From the NCBI GenBank assembly GCA_964016885.1, contig OZ024742.1, forward strand, positions 365,738,001 to 365,802,000: 64,000 nucleotides of DNA, given 5' to 3'. The notes beneath the pieces were generated by a model. The model was given only the letters and a program-made list of their open reading frames with translations, had not been told where the DNA came from and made no database searches. This DNA is from Eledone cirrhosa. Lineage: Eukaryota. The translations under genes and the position numbers were made by a program. Positions 1-12,900 of the stretch are shown piece after piece. Positions within the stretch are counted from its first letter, which is position 1. Each line of letters opens with the position of its first letter.

Positions 1-3000
1 GTCAGAAAACTATATTCCATATATTGTTGTCAGAAAACTATATTCCATATATTGTCAGAAAACTATATTCCATATATTGTCAGAAAACTGTATTCCATAT
101 ATTGTTGTCTGAAAACTATATTCCATATATTGTCAGAAAACTGTATTCCATATATTGTTGTCAGAAAACTATATTCCATATATTGTTGTCAGAAAACTAT
201 ATTCCATATATTGTCAGAAAAATATATTCCAAATATTGTTGTCAGAAAACTATATTCCATATATTGTCAGAAAACTATATTCCATATATTGTTGTCAGAA
301 AACTATATTCCATATATTGTCAGAAAACTATATTCCATATATTGTTGTCAGAAAACTATATTACATATATTGTCAGAAAACTATATTCCATATATTGTTG
401 TCAGAAAACTATATTCCATATATTGTCAGAAAACTATATTCCATATATTGTTGTCAGAAAACTATATTCCATATATTGTCAGAAAACTATATTCCATATA
501 TTGTTGTCAGAAAACTATATTTCATATATTGTCAGAAATCTATATTCCATATATTGTCAGAAAACTATATTCCATATATTGTTGTCAGAAAACTATATTC
601 CATATATGGTTGTCAGAAAACTATATTCCATATATTGTCAGAAAACTATATTCCATATATTGTTGTCAGAAAACTATATTCCATATATGGTTGCCAGTAA
701 ACTATATTCCATATATTGTTGTCAGAAAACTATATTCCATATATTGTTGTCAGAAAACTATATTCCATATATTGTTGTCAGAAAACTATATTCCATATAT
801 TGTCAGAAAACTATATTCCATATATTGTCAGAAAACTATATTCCATATATTGTTGTCAGTAAACTATATTCCATATATTGTCAGAAAACTATATTCCATA
901 TATTGTTGTCAGAAAACTATATTCCATATATTGTCAGAAAACTATATTCCATATATTGTCAGAAAACTATATTCCTTATATTGTCAGAAAACTATATTCC
1001 ATATATTGTTGTCAGAAAACTATATTCCATATATTGTCAGAAAACTATATTCCATATATTGTCAGAAAACTGTATTCCATATATTGTTGTCTGAAAACTA
1101 TATTCCATATATTGTCAGACAACTATATTCCATATATTGTTGTCAGTAAACTATATTCCATATATTGTTGTCAGAAAACTATATTCCATATATTGTTGTC
1201 AGAAATCTATATTCCATATATTGTCAGAAAAATATATTCCATATATTGTTGTCAGAAAACTATATTCCATATATTGTCAGAAAACTATATTCCATATATT
1301 GTTGTCAGAAAACTATATTCCATATATTGTCAGAAAACTATATTCCATATATTGTTGTCAGAAAACTATATTCCATATATTGTCAGAAAACTATATTCCA
1401 TATCTTGTCAGAAAACTATATTCCATATATTGTGAGAAAACTATATTCCATATATTGTCAGAAAACTATATTCCATATATTGTCAGAAAACTATATTCCA
1501 TATATTGTTGTCAGAAAACTATATTCCATATATTGTTGTCAGAAAACTATATTCCATATATTGTCAGAAAACTATATTCCATATATTGTTGTCAGTAAAC
1601 TATATTCCATATATTGTCAGAAAACTATATTCCATATATTGTCAGAAAACTATATTCCATATATTGTCAGAAAACTATATTCCATATATTGTCAGAAAAC
1701 TATATTCCATATATTGTTGTCAGAAAACTATATTCCATATATTGTCAGAAAACTATATTCCATATATTGTCAGAAAACTGTATTCCATATATTGTTGTCT
1801 GAAAACTATATTCCATATATTGTCAGACAACTATATTCCATATATTGTTGTCAGTAAACTATATTCCATATATTGTTGTCAGAAAACTATATTCCATATA
1901 TTGTTGTCAGAAAACTATATTCCATATATTGTCAGAAAACTATATTCCATATATTGTTGTCAGAAAACTATATTCCATATATTGTCAGAAAACTATATTC
2001 CATATATTGTTGTCAGAAAACTATATTCCATATATTGTCAGAAAACTATATTCCATATATTGTTGTCAGAAAACTATATTCCATATATTGTCAGAAAACT
2101 ATATTCCATATATTGTTGTCAGAAAACTATATTCCTTATATTGTCAGAAAACTATATTCCATATATTGTCAGAAAACTATATTCCATATATTGTCAAAAA
2201 ACTATATTCCATATATTGTCAGAAAACTATATTCCATATATTGTTGTCAGAAAACTATATTCCATATATTGTCAGAAAACTATATTCCATATATTGTCAG
2301 GAAACTGTATTCCATATATTGTTGTCTGAAAACTATATTCCATATATTGTCAGAAAACTGTATTCCATATATTGTTGTCAGAAAACTATATTCCATATAT
2401 TGTTGTCAGAAAACTATATTCCATATATTGTCAGAAAAATATATTCCAAATATTGTTGTCAGAAAACTATATTCCATATATTGTCAGAAAACTATATTCC
2501 ATATATTGTTGTCAGAAAACTATATTCCATATATTGTCAGAAAACTATATTCCATATATTGTTGTCAGAAAACTATATTACATATATTGTCAGAAAACTA
2601 TATTCCATATATTGTTGTCAGAAAACTATATTCCATATATTGTCAGAAAACTATATTCCATATATTGTTGTCAGAAAACTATATTCCATATATTGTCAGA
2701 AAACTATATTCCATATATTGTTGTCAGAAAACTATATTTCATATATTGTCAGAAATCTATATTCCATATATTGTCAGAAAACTATATTCCATATATTGTT
2801 GTCAGAAAACTATATTCCATATATGGTTGTCAGAAAACTATATTCCATATATTGTCAGAAAACTATATTCCATATATTGTTGCCAGAAAACTATATTCCA
2901 TATATGGTTGCCAGTAAACTATATTCCATATATTGTTGTCAGAAAACTATATTCCATATATTGTTGTCGGAAAACTATATTCCATATATTGTTGTCAGAA

Positions 3001-3517
3001 AACTATATTCCATATATTGTCAGAAAACTATATTCCATATATTGTCAGAAAACTATATTCCATATATTGTTGTCAGTAAACTATATTCCATATATTGTCA
3101 GAAAACTATATTCCATATATTGTTGTCAGAAAACTATATTCCATATATTGTCAGAAAACTATATTCCATATATTGTCAGAAAACTATATTCCTTATATTG
3201 TCAGAAAACTATAATCCATATATTGTTGTCAGAAAACTATATTCCATATATTGTCAGAAAACTATATTCCATATATTGTCAGAAAACTGTATTCCATATA
3301 TTGTTGTCTGAAAACTATATTCCATATATTGTCAGACAACTATATTCCATATATAGTTGTCAGTAAACTATATTCCATATATTGTTGTCAGAAAACTATA
3401 TTCCATATATTGTTGTCAGAAATCTATATTCCATATATTGTCAGAAAAATATATTCCATATATTGTTGTCAGAAAACTATATTCCATATATTGTCAGAAA
3501 ACTATATTCCATATATT
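1..3517. repeat. Dispersed segmental duplicate of about 18772-22288 (offset 18,771 bp), containing part of a 2,217-bp higher-order tandem and a short 708-bp-offset repeat
   Basis: ORF pairs 155..700/18926..19471, 878..1435/19649..20206 and 1873..3366/20644..22137 share offset 18,771. 155..700/2372..2917 gives 2,217. The marker cassette at 1061 and 1769 gives 708. Confidence 0.9.
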
Positions 3518-6149
3518 GTCAGAAAACTATATTCCATATATTGTTGTCAGAAAACTATATTCCATATATTGTCAGAAAACTATATTCCATATATTGTTGT
3601 CAGAAAAATATATTCCATATATTGTCAGAAAACTATATTCCATATATTGTTGTCAGAAAACTATATTCCATATATTGTCAGAAAACTATATTCCATATAT
3701 TGTTGTCAGAAAACTATATTCCATATATTGTTGTCAGAAAACTATATTCCATATATTGTTGTCAGTAAACTATATTCCATATATTGTTGTCAGTAAACTA
3801 TATTCCATATATTGTCAGAAAACTATATTCCATATATTGTTGTCAGAAAACTACATGCCATATATTGTTGTCAGTAAACTATATTCCATATATTGTCAGA
3901 AAACTATATTCCATATATTGTTGTCAGAAAACTATATTCCATATATTGTCAGAAAACTATATTCCATATATTGTTGTCAGAAAACTATATTCCATATATT
4001 GTCAGAAAACTATATTCCATATATTGTTGTCAGAAAACTATATTCCATATATTGTTGTCAGAAAACTATATTCCATATATTGTTGTCAGTAAACTATATT
4101 CCATATATTGTTGTCAGTAAACTATATTCCATATATTGTCAGAAAACTATATTCCATATATGGTTGTCAGAAAACTATATTCCATATATTGTCAGAAAAC
4201 TATATTCCATATATTGTTGTCAGAAAACTATATTCCATATATTGTTGTCAGAAAACTATATTCCATATATTGTTGTCAGTAAACTATATTCCATATATTG
4301 TCAGAAAACTATATTCTATATATTGTTGTCAGAAAACTATATTCCATATATTGTCAGAAAACTATATTCCATATATTGTCAGAAAAATATATTCCATATA
4401 TTGTTATCAGAAAACTATATTCCATATATTGTCAGAAAACTATATTCCATATATTGTCAGAAAACTATATTCCATATATTGTCAGAAAACTATATTCCAT
4501 ATATTGTCAGAAAACTATATTCCATATATTGTTATCAGAAAACTATATTCCATATATTGTCAGAAAACTATATTCCATATATTGTTGTCAGAAAACTATA
4601 TTTCATATAGTGTCAGAAAACTATATTCCATATATTGTCAGAAAACTATATTCCATATATTGTTGTCAGAAAACTATATTCCATATATTGTCAGAAAACT
4701 ATATTCCATATATTGTTTTCAGTAAACTATATTCCATATATTGTCAGAAAACTATATTCCATATATTGTTGTCAGAAAACTATATTCCATATATTGTCAG
4801 AAAACTATATTCCATATATTGTTGTCAGAAAACTATATTCCATATATTGTTGTCAGAAAAATATATTCCATATATTGTTGTCAGAAAACTATATTCCATA
4901 TATTGTCAGAAAACTATATTCCATATATTGTTGTCAGTAAACTATATTCCATATATTGTCAGAAAACTATATTCCATATATTGTCAGAAAACTATATTCC
5001 ATATATTGTCAGAAAACTATATTCCATATATTGTTGTCCTAAAACTATATTCCATATATTGTCAGAAAACTATATTCCATATATTGTTGTCAGAAAACTA
5101 TATTTCGTATATTGTCAGAAAACTATATTCCATATATTGTCAGAAAACTATATTCCATATATTGTTGTCAGTAAACTATATTCCATATATTGTCAGAAAA
5201 CTATATACCATATATTGTTGTCAGAAAACTATATTCCATATATTGTCAGAAAACTATATTCCATATATTGTTGTCAGAAAACTATATTCCATATATTGTC
5301 AGAAAACTATATTCCATATATTGTCAGAAAACTGTATTCCATATATTGTTGTCAGTAAACTATATTCCATATATTGTCAGAAAACTATATACCATATATT
5401 GTTGTCAGAAAACTATATTCCATATATTGTCAGAAAACTATATTCCATATATTGTTGTCAGAAAACTATATTCCATATATTGTCAGACAACTATATTCCA
5501 TATATTGTTGTCAGTAAACTATATTCCATATATTGTTGTCAGAAAACTATATTCCATATATTGTTGTCAGAAAACTATATTCCATATATTGTTGTCAGAA
5601 AACTATATTCCATATATTGTTGTCAGAAAACTATATTCCATATATTGTCAGAAAACTATATTCCATATATTGTTGTCAGAAAATTATATTCCATATATTG
5701 TCAGAAAACTATATTCCATATATTGTTGTCAGTAAACTATATTCCATATATTGTCAGAAAACTATATTCCATATATTGTTGTCAGAAAACTATATTCCAT
5801 ATATTGTTGTCAGAAAACTATATTCCATATATTGTTGTCAGAAAACTATATTCCATATATTGTCAGAAAACTATATTCCATATATTGTCAGAAAACTATA
5901 TTCCATATATTGTTATCAGAAAACTATATTCCATATATTGTCAGAAAACTATATTCCATATATTGTTGTCAGAAAACTATATTTCATATAGTGTCAGAAA
6001 ACTATATTCCATATATTGTCAGAAAACTATATTCCATATATTGTTGTCAGAAAACTATATTCCATATATTGTTGTCAGAAAACTATATTCCATATATTGT
6101 CAGAAAACTATATTCCATATATTGTTGTCAGTAAACTATATTCCATATA

Positions 6150-9100
6150 TTGTCAGAAAACTATATTCCATATATTGTCAGAAAACTATATTCCATATAT
6201 TGTCAGAAAACTGTATTCCATATATTGTTGTCTGAAAACTATATTCCATATATTGTCAGACAACTATATTCCATATATTGTTGTCAGTAAACTATATTCC
6301 ATATATTGTTGTCAGAAAACTATATTCCATATATTGTTGTCAGAAAACTATATTCCATATATTGTCAGAAAAATATATTCCATATATTGTTGTCAGAAAA
6401 CTATATTCCATATATTGTCAGAAAACTATATTCCATATATTGTTGTCAGAAAACTATATTCCATATATTGTCAGAAAACTATATTCCATATATTGTTGTC
6501 AGAAAACTATATTCCATATATTGTCAGAAAACTATATTCCATATATTGTTGTCAGAAAACTATATTCCATATATTGTCAGAAAACTATATTCCATATATT
6601 GTCAGAAAACTATATTCCATATATTGTCAAAAAACTATATTCCATATATTGTCAGAAAACTATATTCCATATATTGTTGTCAGTAAACTATATTCCATAT
6701 ATTGTCAGAAAACTATATACCATATATTGTTGTCAGAAAACTATATTCCATATATTGTCAGAAAACTATATTCCATATATTGTTGTCAGAAAACTGTATT
6801 CCATATATTGTCAGAAAACTATATTCCATATATTGTCAGAAAACTGTATTCCATATATTGTTGTCAGTAAACTATATTCCATATATTGTCAGAAAACTAT
6901 ATACCATATATTGTTGTCAGAAAACTATATTCCATATATTGTCAGAAAACTATATTCCATATATTGTTGTGAGAAAACTATATTCCATATATTGTCAGAC
7001 AACTATATTCCATATATTGTTGTCAGTAAACTATATTCCATATATTGTTGTCAGAAAACTATATTCCATATATTGTTGTTAGAAAACTATATTCCATATA
7101 TTGTTGTCAGAAAACTATATTCCATATATTGTTGTCAGAAAACTATATTCCATATATTGTCAGAAAACTATATTCCATATATTGTTGTCAGAAAATTATA
7201 TTCCATATATTGTCAGAAAACTATATTCCATATATTGTTGTCAGTAAACTATATTCCATATATTGTCAGAAAACTATATTCCATATATTGTCAGAAAACT
7301 ATATTCCATATATTGTTGTCAGAAAACTATATTCCATATATTGTCAGAAAACTATATTCCATATATTGTCAGAAAACTGTATTCCATATATTGTTGTCTG
7401 AAAACTATATTCCATATATTGTCAGACAACTATATTCCATATATTGTTGTCAGTAAACTATATTCCATATATTGTTGTCAGAAAACTATATTCCATATAT
7501 TGTTGTCAGAAAACTATATGCCATATATTGTCAGAAAAATATATTCCATATATTGTTGTCAGAAAACTATATTCCATATATTGTCAGAAAACTATATTCC
7601 ATATATTGTTGTCAGAAAACTATATTCCATATATTGTCAGAAAACTATATTCCATATATTGTTGTCAGAAAACTATATTCCATATATTGTCAGAAAACTA
7701 TATTCCATATATTGTTGTCAGAAAACTATATTCCATATATTGTCAGAAAACTATATTCCATATATTGTCAGAAAACTATATTCCATATATTGTCAAAAAA
7801 CTATATTCCATATATTGTCAGAAAACTATATTCCATATATTGTTGTCAGTAAACTATATTCCATATATTGTCAGAAAACTATATACCATATATTGTTGTC
7901 AGAAAACTATATTCCATATATTGTCAGAAAACTATATTCCATATATTGTTGTCAGAAAACTGTATTCCATATATTGTCAGAAAACTATATTCCATATATT
8001 GTCAGAAAACTGTATTCCATATATTGTTGTCAGTAAACTATATTCCATATATTGTCAGAAAACTATATACCATATATTGTTGTCAGAAAACTATATTCCA
8101 TATATTGTCAGAAAACTATATTCCATATATTGTTGTGAGAAAACTATATTCCATATATTGTCAGACAACTATATTCCATATATTGTTGTCAGTAAACTAT
8201 ATTCCATATATTGTTGTCAGAAAACTATATTCCATATATTGTTGTTAGAAAACTATATTCCATATATTGTTGTCAGAAAACTATATTCCATATATTGTTG
8301 TCAGAAAACTATATTCCATATATTGTCAGAAAACTATATTCCATATATTGTTGTCAGAAAATTATATTCCATATATTGTCAGAAAACTATATTCCATATA
8401 TTGTTGTCAGTAAACTATATTCCATATATTGTCAGAAAACTATATTCCATATATTGTTGTCAGAGAACTATATTCCATATATTGTTGTCAGAAAACTATA
8501 TTCCATATATTGTCAGAAAACTATATTCCATATATTGTCAGAAAACTGTATTCCATATATTGTTGTCAGTAAACTATATTCCATATATTGTCAGAAAACT
8601 ATATACCATATATTGTTGTCAGAAAACTATATTCCATATATTGTCAGAAAACTATATTCCATATATTGTTGTCAGAAAACTATATTCCATATATTGTCAG
8701 AAAACTATATTCCATATATTGTTGTCAGAAAACTATATTTCATATAGTGTCAGAAAACTATATTCCATATATTGTCAGAAAACTATATTCCATATATTGT
8801 TGTCAGAAAACTATATTCCATATATTGTTGTCAGAAAACTATATTCCATATATTGTCAGAAAACTATATTCCATATATAGTTGTCAGTAAACTATATTCC
8901 ATATATTGTCATAAAACTATATTCCATATATTGTCAGAAAACTATATTCCATATATTGTCAGAAAACTATATTCCATATATTGTTGTCAGAAAACTATAT
9001 TCCATATATTGTCAGAAAACTATATTCCATATATTGTCAGAAAACTGTATTACATATATTGTTGTCTGAAAACTATATTCCATATATTGTCAGACAACTA

Positions 9101-9990
9101 TATTCCATATATTGTTGTCAGTAAACTATATTCCATATATTGTTATCAGAAAACTATATTCCATATATTGTTGTCACAAAACTATATTCCATATATTGTC
9201 AGAAAAATATATTCCATATATTGTTGTCAGAAAACTATATTCCATATATTGTCAGAAAACTATATTCCATATATTGTTGTCAGAAAACTATATTCCATAT
9301 ATTGTCAGAAAACTATATTCCATATATTGTTGTCAGAAAACTATATTCCATATATTGTCAGAAAACTATATTCCATATATTGTTGTCAGAAAACTATATT
9401 CCATATATTGTCAGAAAACTATATTCCATATATTGTCAGAAAACTATATTCCATATATTGTCAAAAAACTATATTCCATATATTGTCAGAAAACTATATT
9501 CCATATATTGTTGTCAGTAAACTATATTCCATATATTGTCAGAAAACTATATACCATATATTGTTGTCAGAAAACTATATTCCATATATTGTCAGAAAAC
9601 TATATTCCATATATTGTTGTCAGAAAACTGTATTCCATATATTGTCAGAAAACTATATTCCATATATTGTCAGAAAACTGTATTCCATATATTGTTGTCA
9701 GTAAACTATATTCCATATATTGTCAGAAAACTATATACCATATATTGTTGTCAGAAAACTATATTCCATATATTGTCAGAAAACTATATTCCATATATTG
9801 TTGTGAGAAAACTATATTCCATATATTGTCAGACAACTATATTCCATATATTGTTGTCAGTAAACTATATTCCATATATTGTTGTCAGAAAACTATATTC
9901 CATATATTGTTGTTAGAAAACTATATTCCATATATTGTTGTCAGAAAACTATATTCCATATATTGTTGTCAGAAAACTATATTCCATATA
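6150..9990. repeat. Higher-order repeat: 1,166-bp tandem duplication plus a third copy 1,668 bp further on
   Basis: Identical ORFs 6702..7082, 7868..8248 and 9536..9916; near-identical 6306..6686, 7472..7852 and 9140..9520; shared GTGAGA, GTTAGA and GTCAAAAAAC markers. Confidence 0.88.
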
Positions 9991-9999
9991 TTGTCAGAA

Positions 10000-12900
10000 A
10001 ACTATATTCCATATATTGTCAGAAAACTATATTCCATATATTGTCAGAAAACTATATTCCATATATTGTTGTCAGAAAACTATATTCCATATATTGTCAG
10101 AAAACTATATTCCATATATTGTCAGAAAACTGTATTACATATATTGTTGTCTGAAAACTATATTCCATATATTGTCAGACAACTATATTCCATATATTGT
10201 TGTCAGTAAACTATATTCCATATATTGTTATCAGAAAACTATATTCCATATATTGTTGTCAGAAAACTATATTCCATATATTGTCAGAAAAATATATTCC
10301 ATATATTGTTGTCAGAAAACTATATTCCATATATTGTCAGAAAACTATATTCCATATATTGTTGTCAGAAAACTATATTCCATATATTGTCAGAAAACTA
10401 TATTCCATATATTGTTGTCAGAAAACTATATTCCATATATTGTCAGAAAACTATATTCCATATATTGTTGTCAGAAAACTATATTCCATATATTGTCAGA
10501 AAAATATATTCCAAATATTGTTGTCAGAAAACTATATTCCATATATTGTCAGAAAACTATATTCCATATATTGTTGTCAGAAAACTATATTCCATATATT
10601 GTCAGAAAACTATATTCCATATATTGTTGTCAGAAAACTATATTCCATATATTGTCAGAAAACTATATTCCATATATTGTTGTCAGAAAACTATATTCCA
10701 TATATTGTCAGAAAACTATATTCCATATATTGTTGTCAGAAAACTATATTCCATATATTGTCAGAAAACTATATTCCATATATTGTTGTCAGAAAACTAT
10801 ATTCCATATATGGTTGTCAGAAAACTATATACCATATATTGTCAGAAAACTATATTCCATATATTGTTGTCAGAAAACTATATTCCATATATGGTTGTCA
10901 GTAAACTATATTCCATATATTGTCAGAAAACTATATTCCATATATTGTTGTCAGAAAACTATATTCCATATATTGTTGTCAGAAAACTATATTCCATATA
11001 TTGTCAGAAAACTATATTCCATATATTGTTGTCAGTAAACTATATTCCATATATTGTCAGAAAACTATATACCATATATTGTTGTCAGAAAACTATATTC
11101 CATATATTGTCAGAAAACTATATTCCATATATTGTTGTCAGAAAACTATATACCATATATTGTTGTCAGAAAACTATATTCCATATATTGTCAGAAAACT
11201 ATATTCCATATATTGTTGTCAGAAAACTATATTCCATATATTGTCAGAAAACTATATTCCATATATTGTTGTCAGAAAACTATATTTCATATAGTGTCAG
11301 AAAACTATATTCCATATATTGTCAGAAAACTATATTCCATATATTGTTGTCAGAAAACTATATTCCATATATTGTTGTCAGAAAACTATATTCCATATAT
11401 TGTCAGAAAACTATATTCCATATATTGTTGTCAGTAAACTATATTCCATATATTGTCATAAAACTATATTCCATATATTGTCAGAAAACTATATTCCATA
11501 TATTGTCAGAAAACTATATTCCATATATTGTCAGAAAACTATATTCCATATATTGTTGTCAGAAAACTATATTCCATATATTGTCAGAAAACTATATTCC
11601 ATATATTGTCAGAAAACTGTATTACATATATTGTTGTCTGAAAACTATATTCCATATATTGTCAGACAACTATATTCCATATATTGTTGTCAGTAAACTA
11701 TATTCCATATATTGTTATCAGAAAACTATATTCCATATATTGTTGTCAGAAAACTATATTCCATATACTGTCAGAAAAATATATTCCATATATTGTTGTC
11801 AGAAAACTATATTCCATATATTGTCAGAAAACTATATTCCATATATTGTTGTCAGAAAACTATATTCCATATATTGTCAGAAAACTATATTCCATATATT
11901 GTTGTCAGAAAACTATATTCCATATATTGTCAGAAAACTATATTCCATATATTGTTGTCAGAAAACTATATTCCATATATTGTCAGAAAAATATATTCCA
12001 AATATTGTTGTCAGAAAACTATATTCCATATATTGTCAGAAAACTATATTCCATATATTGTTGTCAGAAAACTATATTCCATATATTGTCAGAAAACTAT
12101 ATTCCATATATTGTTGTCAGAAAACTATATTCCATATATTGTCAGAAAACTATATTCCATATATTGTTGTCAGAAAACTATATTCCATATATTGTCAGAA
12201 AACTATATTCCATATATTGTTGTCAGAAAACTATATTCCATATATTGTCAGAAAACTATATTCCATATATTGTTGTCAGAAAACTATATTTCATATATTA
12301 TCAGAAATCTATATTCCATATATTGTCAGAAAACTATATTCCATATATTGTTGTCAGAAAACTATATTCCATATATGGTTGTCAGAAAACTATATACCAT
12401 ATATTGTCAGAAAACTATATTCCATATATTGTTGTCAGAAAACTATATTCCATATATTGTTGTCAGAAAACTATATTCCATATATTGTCAGAAAACTATA
12501 TTCCATATATTGTTGTCAGAAAATTATATTCCATATATTGTCAGAAAACTATATTCCATATATTGTTGTCAGTAAACTATATTCCATATATTGTCAGAAA
12601 ACTATATTCCATATATTGTTGTCAGAGAACTATATTCCATATATTGTTGTCAGAAAACTATATTCCATATATTGTCAGAAAACTATATTCCATATATTGT
12701 CAGAAAACTGTATTCCATATATTGTTGTCAGTAAACTATATTCCATATATTGTCAGAAAACTATATACCATATATTGTTGTCAGAAAACTATATTCCATA
12801 TATTGTCAGAAAACTATATTCCATATATTGTTGTCAGAAAACTATATTCCATATATTGTCAGAAAACTATATTCCATATATTGTTGTCAGAAAACTATAT

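Noticed and set aside
10-25. TATA-box or -10-like promoter motifs (CTATATT, ATATATT)
   Set aside because: Expected in every AT-rich monomer, with no downstream gene or supporting element.
52-1149. Zinc-finger or metal-binding protein suggested by the periodic C/CC...H pattern (CQKTIFH)
   Set aside because: The spacing does not fit C2H2 or other finger motifs and follows trivially from the DNA repeat.
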